IMG/VR virus record: IMGVR_UViG_3300028663_000009
Coordinates: 1-24,091 of that record
Length of the DNA: 24,091 nucleotides
Direction: 5' to 3' (one strand)
Source of the DNA: a virus
This document shows positions 8,954-17,947 of this stretch, one piece after another. Under the pieces are notes generated by a model. It saw only the letters and a list, made by a program, of their open reading frames with translations. It made no database searches and was not told the origin of the DNA. The first letter of the stretch is position 1, and every line of letters begins with the position of its first letter. Both the position numbers and the translations under genes were made by a program.

Positions 8954-9067
8954 ATGACCAACAGCGACAAACAGCGGGCGAAGCGTGGCGTCCTCTCCAC
9001 CGGTCGAGCCCGGAAACTCGAGGACGCCGACGCGGACGCCGACGACGATGACGAACAGGAGGACTGA
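8954..9067 (+). CDS. Tiny bipolar peptide (basic N-half, acidic C-half); start could be 8882
   Basis: MTNSDKQRAKRGVLSTGRARKLEDADADADDDDEQED*; stop lies 3 nt before the protease ATG. Confidence 0.4.
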   Translation: MTNSDKQRAKRGVLSTGRARKLEDADADADDDDEQED

Positions 9068-9070
9068 CAC

Positions 9071-10826
9071 ATGACGGACAAGAAGGACGAACAGCTCACC
9101 AAGCGCGTCGACTTCGTCGCGAAGGACGACGACGAGCAGATCGCCACCGGCATCGTGATGGTGCCGGACAAGGTCGACCTGCAGTTCGACTTCGCCCGCG
9201 AGGACACCATTCGCGGGTTCGCCGACCAGTTCGGCGACTTCATGGAGGTCGGGCAGGCCGACGGCGGCCTCATGCACGCCGTCTGGCCCTCCGACTGGAT
9301 GGAACTCGAGCGGAACGAGGTCCTCGACGAAGCGACCGAGATCGGCGGCAAGGAGGCCCCGGCCGGCGCGTGGATCCAGTCGTGGAAGTTCAACGACGAC
9401 GACCTCTGGCAACTCGTCAAGGACGACATCCTCGGGGCGTTCTCCATCGGCGCGATCGCGGTTCAGTGGGGCGGCCCGTACGAGCAAGAGGAGCTCGAGG
9501 ACGTCGACGTCCCCGACGAGATCGATGAAGAGGAACTCGTCTGGGAATTGGCCGGCGGCACCATCCGCGAGGTCTCGAGCGTCGACATCCCTGCCGTCCC
9601 CGACGCGCAAGTCCTCGAGACGAAGGCTGAGGCCGAGAAGCGGCAGCCGATCACCTCGGCAACCGCGATGGGTTCGTCGAGGAAGCCCTCGAACGCAATC
9701 CAGACTGGTCGGAAGACGACGCCGATCAGCTCTGGGAGACCCTCAACAGTGCGATCGACGTTGAGGGGTCGGGCGAGCCAGGGAAGCAGTCCTTTTCGAG
9801 CGGATCGGGAAGGCTGCTTTCAACGCCTTCCCAGGCGCCGGGTCCGATGACGACACTCCGACGAAGACGTCCGAGGCCCCGGACCACGGTCGCGGCGCCG
9901 AGAAAGATGCAGACGACTTCGAGGCAGATGTCTTCCGCGTCACCGCTCCCGAGGACGAGGCCGAAAACTACGAGGACGAGGTCCTTGGGATCGGCGTCGA
10001 CTTCCCAAAGAGCGACGTGTACGTCGACTGGCGGAACGAAGTCTTCCCAGATCAGTTGGACGAGCCACACGTCAGCATCTACGGAAGTGTTAGCGACCTC
10101 GAGCAAGCGACAGGGAACACCGTCGAGCAGATGGACACGCTGAACGCGAAGGCAGCGAAGACCATGTTTGGCGCGTCCGGTCTGCAGGTGAACCCGATCG
10201 CCAAAGAGGGCCGCACACTCTCGACCCGCAACCGCGATAACCTGTTCGCGGCGATCGACGCATCGGCGGACGTCCTCGAGGACGCCGGCGTCGATCACGG
10301 ATTACGCGCTTCACCGATCGCGAGGATACGTCCTTCGACCTCTCCGAGCACACCGCTCGAGACTGGCCGGATCCCGATGAGGACGAAGAGGAAGACAGCG
10401 CAGGGACGGACGGACCGCCTTTTGAATCCGCTGCCGGCGGCGAGACGCCGGACGACACAGACTCTACTGACATGACTAACGACGACAACCCGATGGCCGA
10501 CGCTCCTGAATGGGCGAAGGCTCTCAACGACCGTATCGACGACCTCGTGAGCGAGGAGAAAGACGCCGGCGCCGGCGACGCCCCGATGGCTGATGCCCCC
10601 GAGTGGGCGAAGAACCTCGACGAACGCATCAACGAGATCGAGGAGAAGGCGCTCGACGACGACGGCGAAGACAAGACCCGAGTGGGCGAAGAGCCTCGAG
10701 GCGCGCATCGACGCGATCTCGAAGCAGACCGGTACCGACTCGCAGCAGATCGGGAAGGTCGAGAGCGAAGAGAGCGAGAAGGGCGGCGGCTTCACGCTGG
10801 ACCCGCGGAAGGCTCGAGGTAACTAA
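9071..10826 (+). CDS. Prohead protease (XkdF-like) fused to a scaffold region, at least 4 indels
   Basis: KDDDEQIATGIVMVPDKVDLQ...GLMH...PAGAWIQSWKF...LWQLVK...GAFSIG...EVSSVDIPAVPDA is the XkdF-type pattern. An acidic reading frame can be followed across shifts (~9640, ~9900, ~10305, ~10678) without stops to ...FTLDPRKARGN* at 10826. Confidence 0.8.
10490..10720 (+). repeat. Three PEWAK-L-RI repeats in the scaffold C-terminus
   Basis: PMADAPEWAKALNDRID (10490), PMADAPEWAKNLDERIN (10583), PEWAKSLEARID (~10678); the DNA core GA(A/G)TGGGCGAAG occurs three times. Confidence 0.85.
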
Positions 10827-10828
10827 CG

Positions 10829-11773
10829 ATGACGATTCACGCTACCCGAACGCAGAACGAGAAGGCAGTCGAAAAGCTCGACACGACCGACATGGCCGGT
10901 GGCGTCCTGCCGCGGGATCTCTTCGAGGACTGGTACCAGAAGGTCGTCGACTCGGCGACCATGCTCGAGGGGCCCGCACGGAGGACCTCCCGCGGCCGCA
11001 GATGGACCTGCCCGCATCAGCGTCGGCGAGCGCATGCGACGCGGCGCCGACGAAAACGAGGGTGACAGCGGCTCGGGAGAAGTCAACACCGACGCCGTCA
11101 GCCTCGACGTCGAGAAGGGGACGCTCGCGTACGACCCTCTCGAGAGTCCGTCGACGACACGCTCGACAACGTCGACGAGATCGTCCTGGACATGCTGGCC
11201 CGACAGTTCGCAGTCGACACGCAGGACCTCGGGATCAACGGTGACGAGTCCAGCGGGGACAACTTCCTCAACCAGAACGACGGCTGGCTGAAGATCCTCT
11301 CGAACTCCACCGACACCAGCACGTACGACCACACGGACGACAACGGCAACGCCCAGCCGGTCGACACGTCGCTGTTCGACCAGGCGATCCAGGCGATGCC
11401 GAACAAGTACCTGCGCTCGGATCGGTTCGAGCCCGTGGTCTACATGAACGAGAACAAGGTCCAGCAGTACCGGATGGCGCTGACCGAGCGTGAGGATCCG
11501 CTGGGCTCGGCCGTCATCTTCGGCGACGAGGACATTACGCCGTTCTCGTACGACGTCGTCGGCGTCGCTGCGTGGCCCGAGGACACGGCCGTCTTCACGC
11601 ACCCGCAGAACTTCGTCTACGCCCTCTACGACGAGGTCGAGATTCGCGTCCTCACCGAGACGGACAAGGTCGCCGAGAACGACCTCTTCGCTCGCTACTT
11701 CATGCGGGTTCGCGACGACTTCGCGATCGAGGACGAAGAGGCAGCGGTCCACGTCTCGGGAATCGAGGTCTAA
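10829..11773 (+). CDS. Major capsid protein (HK97 fold, phiCh1/phiH1-like), about 3 indels
   Basis: GGVLPRDLF, RISVGERMRR, EKGTLAYDL, DLGINGDE, NQNDGW, PLGSAVIFG...ITPF, THPQNFVYALY, TDKVAENDLFARYFMRVRDDFAIE closely track my recollection of the phiCh1 capsid protein. Confidence 0.9.
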
Positions 11774-11785
11774 GGAGGGCCGTAG

Positions 11786-12157
11786 ATGACAACTACCAAC
11801 GAAAAAATCCGCCGGCGGTACGAGAACGGGGAGACGCTCAACGACGGCGCACCCGGCAACGTGGCGACCGACGCACCCGCCAACGCGGCGGACACGGTCG
11901 TCGCCGAAGACGCCGACGTGCAGGCCGTCACCGCCGACGGGACGAACACGGTCGACCTCTCGAACGCCGCAGCGGAAGGACGCCAGGTCACCGTCGTTCA
12001 CAACGGCGGGGCCAACACGCCGACGCTGTCGTTCACCGACGCGGACTTCGTCGGAACCGGACCGGCTAACATGACCGCAGCGGGCGCAACGGCGACCGTC
12101 CGCAATATCGACGGGACGGCCAGCGGCTGGGTCGTCGTCGCCACCGGGAGTGCCTAA
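11786..12157 (+). CDS. Putative capsid decoration/accessory protein (Ala/Thr/Gly-rich beta domain)
   Basis: Directly follows the MCP with an RBS-like GGAGG (11775); TNTVDLSNAAAEGRQVTVVHNGG...GWVVV beta pattern. Confidence 0.6.
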   Translation: MTTTNEKIRRRYENGETLNDGAPGNVATDAPANAADTVVAEDADVQAVTADGTNTVDLSNAAAEGRQVTVVHNGGANTPTLSFTDADFVGTGPANMTAAGATATVRNIDGTASGWVVVATGSA

Positions 12158-12159
12158 CG

Positions 12160-12564
12160 ATGCCTCGAGTACGCTACACCGCTGACGGTGGACGGTATCG
12201 CACCGGCGGCGTGACGTTCGAGCCCGGCGACGAGGGCGAGGTCTCCACGGGTCTGGCCGAGCACCTGGTCGAGGACGTCGGCAGCTTCGAGTACGTCGAC
12301 GGCGCGGAGGATGCCGAAGAGCTTCCCACGCCAGATGATCTCACCGGCGACGAAGCAGAAGCCGAAGACGAGACCGAGGACGAAACGAAGGACTCGGTTG
12401 TCACCGCGCCCGGTGAGTTCACCATCGACGAGATCGAGGCCGAGCTCGAGACCGGCGAGTGGGACGACCACCTCGAGACGCTTCGTGAGAACGAAGAGGA
12501 CGGCAAGGATCGCGCCGGCGTCTACGACGCGCTCGGCGTCCGCCGTGCCGAGATCGAGGGGTAA
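12160..12564 (+). CDS. Head-region accessory protein with a short beta N-domain, acidic linker and helical Rho-N/HeH-like C-domain
   Basis: PGEFTIDEIEAELETGEWDDHLETLRENEEDGKDRAGVYDAL helical motif; typical post-MCP position. Confidence 0.6.
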   Translation: MPRVRYTADGGRYRTGGVTFEPGDEGEVSTGLAEHLVEDVGSFEYVDGAEDAEELPTPDDLTGDEAEAEDETEDETKDSVVTAPGEFTIDEIEAELETGEWDDHLETLRENEEDGKDRAGVYDALGVRRAEIEG

Positions 12565-12567
12565 CGC

Positions 12568-12876
12568 ATGCCTGCTTGGTATGCAAGCGAAGTTCTCGCC
12601 GACTCCGAGAGCCTCACGGCCGGCGAGGCCGTCTCGTCGATCGTCTCGAAGTATCGATCGCCCGTGGTCTGTGTTGCCCTCGAGGATCTCGAAGGATCGG
12701 CCGATGACACGTTGACGATCAAATTCGAGGGCGCTGCTGGAACGTACGAGGCCGACCAGCGGACTCTCTCGGAGACCCAGTCCTACACCGTCGACGTCCT
12801 GCAGTGCGAGGCGGTCTCGATCACCTCGAGCAACGGCGTCACCTACTCGGCAGAAGTCCGGGCGAACCCGGAGTGA
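12568..12876 (+). CDS. Hypothetical beta-rich protein (102 aa), possible virion component
   Basis: Intact ORF tightly packed in the head operon; alternating beta-strand pattern. Confidence 0.6.
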   Translation: MPAWYASEVLADSESLTAGEAVSSIVSKYRSPVVCVALEDLEGSADDTLTIKFEGAAGTYEADQRTLSETQSYTVDVLQCEAVSITSSNGVTYSAEVRANPE

Positions 12877-12881
12877 TCTAA

Positions 12882-13618
12882 ATGCCTACTGGCTACTGTA
12901 CCGTCGACGACGTCCGTCGAGCGAAGCAGGAGGGCGAACTGACCGGCGAACTCGTGTCGAAGGACAACGAGATCGTCGTCGACGCGATCACGGCCCAGAC
13001 CGAGTGGCTCGAGAAAGCCTCTCGCGCCACTGGTACGTCTCAACGCGGCCTGACGAGGATACCCACGAACTACTCCCGACCGGGCCGAAGACTCGAGACG
13101 ACGAGGAGGACATCCCGACCGGCGGGGCCCACCTCGTTGGTGAACCGACGACGCCGAAAACGTGGCAAGGTTCGTACACTCGGATCGAACTGGACCGTCG
13201 CGACGCCGAGTCTATCACGGAGTTGCTCGTCCGGACGCCGGAAGGTTACGAGGACTGGGCCGGGAGCAGCGAGTACAGCGGCGGCACGTGGCCTGATGCA
13301 CTCGGGGATGACTACTACCTCCGGATCAACAACGGGGGCGTCTCACAGCTATACCTCGACGTCGAGAACCTGCTCAACGAGGACGACGAGCCGCTGCTCG
13401 ACTCGTACTCGAACGCCGTCTACGTCACCTTCGACTACGGTCACGAGGGGATCCCAGACACCGTCCGCAAGGCCGTCGCGATGCGAGCCTGTGCGAAGCT
13501 GTTGATCGACGACGAGGCCGCGCTGGGGATCCCTGACAACGGCCAGTTGGTCAACCCCGAGAGCAAGAAGCAGGCGATGGAATCGGCGGCCGAAGAACTC
13601 CTCGAGGTCTACCGCTGA
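12882..13618 (+). CDS. Head-tail adaptor (gp6/gp15-like) with an inserted beta domain, indel ~13020
   Basis: N-terminal GYCTVDDVRR and C-terminal VTFDYGHEGIPDTVRKAVAMRA are hallmark adaptor motifs. Confidence 0.75.
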
Positions 13619-14073
13619 TGGAGCTCGCATCCGATTTCGAGGCCGACCTCCAGGAGGCGCTCCTGGATGACGTCGAGCAGCGAGCCCGCGACGTGATCGC
13701 GCCGGAGGTCCAGGCCCATGCCCACGATCTCCTCGAGGCGTACGGCCAGCGCCACGACTACGACGTCGGTACGATCATCGAGGCCGGCGAGACCCGAGTC
13801 GAGAGGCGTAAGGGTCGCGTGGTCGTCCGCTGGGGGTGGCCTGAGCCGGCGATCTTCTTCGAGCGAGGGACCGTCGACCACGTCGTCCAGGCGCGGAACG
13901 CAGACGTCCTCTCGTTCATCTGGGAGGACCCGCCGCAGTGGGTACGTGAGGAGTACGATCGCGAAGGCGAGGGGTGGCGCGTGTTCCTGCCCGAAACTGA
14001 ACCGTCGGGGCTGCCCGAGTCCCGATTCATCCGCGACTCGCTGAACTACGTCCGTCGGAGGTTCGAATCATGA
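13618..14073 (+). CDS. Neck/tail-completion protein (HK97 gp10-like)
   Basis: AIFFERGT...GLPESRFIRDSL motif pair; coupled to both neighbours. Confidence 0.7.
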   Translation: MELASDFEADLQEALLDDVEQRARDVIAPEVQAHAHDLLEAYGQRHDYDVGTIIEAGETRVERRKGRVVVRWGWPEPAIFFERGTVDHVVQARNADVLSFIWEDPPQWVREEYDREGEGWRVFLPETEPSGLPESRFIRDSLNYVRRRFES

Positions 14074-14619
14074 CAACGGAAGTCAACTGGGTCCTCGAGC
14101 AGCTGGGCAGCGTCGTCGACGACGTCGCGAATAGCTACACGAACCGTAACGACAACCCGGTCGCGCTCAAGCGGGTCAACCGCGACGACAGTAGCGTCTA
14201 CGAGGGTGGTGGCTCGCTGGACTTCAACGAGCCGATGCACAAGCGCAAGGAGGACCTCAAGAGCGGCGTCTTCGTCGGTGCGACGCTAGCCGATCGGGCG
14301 GAGGATCCCGCCGGGACGGAGTACAACCTCAAAATCGAGACGGTTGTTGGCCTGACCGTCGGGGATGACGTCCCAGGGCGGGCTTCACGGCCATGTCGAT
14401 CCGGACGGCGAGAACGGCATCCCGTTCACGGAGCTCGTCCGCAAGATCCGTCGCACGCTACTCGCCTCTGACACGCGGGCATACCCCGATCCCGGTGTTC
14501 CGAACACGTCGTATCACGACCTGATCCCGACGTCCAACGACCCACAGTCCGCAGAGTACCGCGACTTCTACAGGTGGCAGGGCGACTTCGCCTTCCGAGG
14601 CTACGAGAGTTTACCATGA
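14070..14619 (+). CDS. Putative tail terminator/completion protein, 1 indel (~14365)
   Basis: Position just before the tail tube; ORFs 14070..14471 and 14365..14619 join; ends FYRWQGDFAFRGYESLP*. Confidence 0.55.
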
Positions 14620-14884
14620 CAGATTTCACAGGCAACATCGAAACGACAGCGGAATCGCTCGAGGCTCTCCAAGGGGACCTCGAAACACACCTCGAGGGCA
14701 TTTTCGGCGTCGACATCGACGTAGAGGCGCCGACGCTCGCAAGCGGTGGTGATGGCCTCCCCACATCCTCGATGTCTGGGTCGCGTTCCCAGGCGCCAAA
14801 GAGCAAATTGAGGATCGGCTCGGCGTCGACCGTGTCGAACGGTGCGAGATGAAAGTCAAGCTGCATGTCGGTGATGGCGAATGA
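14616..14884 (+). CDS. Hypothetical protein (~89 aa), 1 indel (~14760)
   Basis: MTDFTGNIETTAESLEAL.../PHILDVWVAFPGAKEQIEDRLGVDRVERCEMKVKLHVGDGE*; ATGA overlaps at both ends. Confidence 0.55.
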
Positions 14885-15786
14885 CGGGCGCGGGATCGGC
14901 AACGGTCGCGTACACCGTCGAGGATAGTTATGGTTCCGGACCGGTCGCTGAACCGACGTGGTATCAGCCCGGCATGAACGTCACCGTAGGAGATCTGAGC
15001 GTCGAGCAAGCACTCGAGCGCGTCCGCCACCCGAACGACCCGACGCCGGCAGGCTCTCGCGAAGGCAACTGGGAGGGTGCTCTCTCAGTGTCGTTCGAAC
15101 TGACGGACGACAACTTCCATGATCTCGTCTTCGCCGACGGCGGGACCGCACTGCCGAACTCGCCGATGCGAGCGCCGTCGTCGACGTGGTACCTCGCCGT
15201 CGATATGCCCGACGGGACGACCGAGTCCCGCACACCGACGGGGCGCGGTCGTCCAGGAGGCGACAGTCAACTACGAGCAGGGGAGCAACATCACGGTTGA
15301 ACTGACGATCCTCTACGGGGACGAGCCGAACGACATCGCGGCACCCGGCACGATCCAGCAGCCGTCCGACGAGGACGTCTTCAGCTGGCACGGAGCGTCG
15401 TTCGAGGTCGACGGCCTCAACCAGCCCCTCATGCAGTCGGCGACGCTCTCGCTGTCGGGACTGGCGCGGTTCCGTCGTGGTCAGGATCGACACCCGTTCG
15501 ACGCGGTCGTCGACGCAATCGAGCCGTCGTTCTCGACGGACTCGACGTTCACCGAGCGCGACCAACTCGCGCTGGCGGTCGACAACTCTCGAGAGGGGCC
15601 GGTCGGAAAGGTTCCGGCGACGTTCGCACTCGAGAACGGCCAGGAACGACCATCGACTACTCCCTCACCGACTGTCAGCCCGGCGGATCGTACTCTTGGT
15701 CCGACCTCGTCGCACCGGACGCGGACCTCTCCGAACCGATCGACTACCACGTTACCGACGTGTCTGCAACGACGACCACTGCCTAA
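14881..15786 (+). CDS. Major tail (tube) protein, indels ~15240 and ~15645
   Basis: MTGAGSATVAYTVEDSYG...SREGNWEGALSVSF...; QSATLSLSGLARFRRGQDRHPFDAV; ~300 aa beta-rich protein upstream of the chaperone. Confidence 0.75.
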
Positions 15787-15789
15787 CCC

Positions 15790-16341
15790 ATGCTCACAAC
15801 TGAAACCTACACACTGGACGGCGCGATCGCGGAACTGGACGACCGGATGGACACGCTCGGGGAGGACCTCGAGGGCCTGGAGCAGGGGACAGACGACTAT
15901 TCAGCCATCAAGGCCCGACGTAATCGCGTCAGCTACCTTGAGAACGGGGTGCGCTGGCAGCGCGACGAGGAAGGCTGGGGAGGCGACACCGAGATCGAAC
16001 TCGGTTCGATGACCGCCGGAGAAGAGGCCATGATGCACCGCGAGGCACCCGACGACGCCGGCCGCAAGGAGATGCGGTTGTGGTTCGTCGCCGCCAGCAC
16101 GGTCAGCGCTCCGTACGCCGATCCCGACGATGGACTTTCGGAGACGTTCTCCGCACTCTCCAGCGCTCATCCGGCGTTCGTCGAGTGGCTCGAGGCAAAG
16201 GCCAACGGGCTCGGTGTATCGACCGAGTCGGGAAACGGATCCTCGACGTCCTCGACAGAGACCACGACCGGGGCGTCGGAGACCTCGACGGGCGACCCCG
16301 ACTCGACTACTACATCGTCGTCGGACTCGCCCACGGAATGA
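15790..16341 (+). CDS. Tail assembly chaperone (G-like), zero-frame product
   Basis: Lies between tube and TMP; acidic body followed by an S/T-rich tail after ...ESGN. Confidence 0.75.
   Translation: MLTTETYTLDGAIAELDDRMDTLGEDLEGLEQGTDDYSAIKARRNRVSYLENGVRWQRDEEGWGGDTEIELGSMTAGEEAMMHREAPDDAGRKEMRLWFVAASTVSAPYADPDDGLSETFSALSSAHPAFVEWLEAKANGLGVSTESGNGSSTSSTETTTGASETSTGDPDSTTTSSSDSPTE
16230..16236 (+). other. -1 ribosomal slippery heptamer G GGA AAC producing a GT-like chaperone that ends at 16421
   Basis: X XXY YYZ correctly phased (GGA = codon 16231-16233); the -1 frame stays open through RILDVLDRD...YYIVVGLAHGMSYTDVMEVPLEYLKLLDAYAATRPRL* and overlaps the TMP start. Confidence 0.8.
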
Positions 16342-16417
16342 GCTATACGGACGTCATGGAGGTGCCGCTCGAATACCTGAAACTGCTTGACGCCTACGCG
16401 GCCACACGACCCAGACT

Positions 16418-17634
16418 ATGAGTTTCGATACTGAAGCACAACTCTCGATCGAGATTCCCTCGAGTGAGTTGCGAAACGCTCGCCAGCAGATCGAGTCCGA
16501 GATCGGCACGACCGAGGTCGGGGTTACAGACGGTGGGTCGGCGTCGGCCCAGGCTGCAGGCGGCGGCCGTGGTGGTGGGCGTCAACGTCGGCGTGCACGC
16601 CGCGAGTACCGCTGGGCCCGCGAGCGGACCGACTACCTCGAAGAGGCAGTGGTCTACCTCGAGGACATCGAGGACAAGGTCGGGGGCGACGGCGGTGGGA
16701 TGCTCGGTGAACTGCTCGGCGGCGGCGCGATCGGTGGCCTCCTCGGCGGAGCCGGCGGCGCTGCTGGTGGTATCGGTAGCGGGGTTGCTACAGGTATCGG
16801 GGCTGCGGTCGGCTCCGCTGTTGGATCGGCGATCGGTGGCTCGAGCGTCGAGGTTGAGAAACCAGACTGGACGCCGCTCGAGGTCGACGGCCCCGAAGAG
16901 CCGTACGACGTCGACCATCCAGAGGAACCCTACGAGTTAGATCACCCGGAGGATCCGTACGACATCGACCACCCGGACGAGCCGTATGCGGTGGAGGACC
17001 CGTCGCCACTCGGTGTCGAAGATCCGTCGCCGCTGGGCGTCGAGAACCCCGACCCGTTCGAGGTTGACGATCCGTCGCCGCTCGAGGTCGAAGAGGTCGA
17101 TCCGCTCGAGGTTGAGGACGTCGACCCGATCGAGATCTCGGTGGAAGTGACCACGGGAACTGAAGAAGTGAAGCAGCCGCAGGTCGGTGAGGAGCCATAT
17201 ATTAAACAGCCCGATGACGGTGGAGATGGAAACATCTGGTCCTGGGCGGGCAAGACCGCTGATGGTGGGCGGACAAGAGTGGGCTGGAGTGGGCTGGCGA
17301 GACAGCCGAGGGTGCGCAAAAGTTCGCGAATGATATCAACCCGTGGTCTTCGGATAGCTCTGGTGGCGGTGGTGATGGCGGGGGAGGGAGCAGTTCGGGG
17401 ACCCAAACGTCCCCTCGCCCATCATCGAGAACCACCACAACGACAGTCGAGACGTCCGTCGACCCGCGCCCAGCGGACATCGACGCCAGTGTGGGGCCGG
17501 TCGAAGTCAACGTCCGCGACTTGGACAAGATGGAGGATGATGTCGTGGATGCGGTTGAGGAACGTATCGAGGAGGTCCGGGACGACATCGAGGCACAGAT
17601 CGAAGATCTCGAACGGGACATCCGGCGTGGGTGA
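16418..17634 (+). CDS. Short tape-measure-position protein (~405 aa), at least 2 indels after ~17265
   Basis: Follows the chaperone; Gly/Ala hydrophobic block, Pro/acidic repeats, then a C-terminal helix LDKMEDDVVDAVEERIEEVRDDIEAQIEDLERDIRRG* ending 17634. The ORF-track end at 17872 is an off-frame artefact. Confidence 0.65.
16880..17131 (+). repeat. Coding tandem repeats: 4 x 9 aa then about 6 x 8 aa
   Basis: VDGPEEPY-DVDHPEEPY-ELDHPEDPY-DIDHPDEPY-AVEDPSPL-GVEDPSPL-GVENPDPF-EVDDPSPL-EVEEVDPL-EVEDVDPI; synonymous codons differ between units. Confidence 0.9.
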
Positions 17635-17638
17635 GTGG

Positions 17639-17650
17639 GCGAAATTATAT
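17639..17650 (+). promoter_or_regulatory. BRE + TATA promoter for a leaderless transcript of the 17676 gene
   Basis: GCGAAA TTATAT with the TATA box 26-31 nt upstream of ATG 17676, the standard haloarchaeal leaderless geometry; AT-rich island in a GC-rich operon. Confidence 0.65.
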
Positions 17651-17675
17651 GTCTTACAAACAAGAAAGTCAACAT

Positions 17676-17897
17676 ATGAGAACACCAGATCCAACCGATC
17701 CGCGAGAGTTGGTTTGGCTGGCTCTATTCGCGTTCGTTACCATCGGCGCTGGCGCGTTCCTTTACGAAGCCCCGGCCGACGCCCTCGTCTATTCCCTCGG
17801 GATCTGGGGCGTCGTCCTCTATCTCGTCGGCCCGGAAGAGGTCCTCGACCGACTGGGGCTGCGTTCGTCTGAGGATCACGATCCGGCAGTCCAGTAG
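17676..17897 (+). CDS. 73-aa 2-TM membrane protein (moron)
   Basis: LVWLALFAFVTIGAGAFLY and ALVYSLGIWGVVLYLVG hydrophobic helices. Confidence 0.7.
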   Translation: MRTPDPTDPRELVWLALFAFVTIGAGAFLYEAPADALVYSLGIWGVVLYLVGPEEVLDRLGLRSSEDHDPAVQ

Positions 17898-17947
17898 AGC
17901 AGCAAACCACCGCCGCCGCACGGTCACCGCGGTACTTTTCGATAACA

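Noticed and set aside
7015-9447. 810-aa reverse-strand ORF, and similar long minus ORFs (4528..5625, 5307..6245, 10823..12001)
   Set aside because: Shadow ORFs antisense to portal, TerL and MCP, a known by-product of GAC/GTC-rich halophile coding; V/L/R-rich with no motifs.
16880-17131. Possible CRISPR array or non-coding repeat
   Set aside because: Units are 24-27 nt, in frame, synonymous-diverged and have no unique spacers.
17635-17872. ORF-track C-terminus of the 484-aa protein
   Set aside because: Arg-rich off-frame reading after an indel; it overlaps a good promoter and the membrane gene, and the acidic frame stops at 17634.
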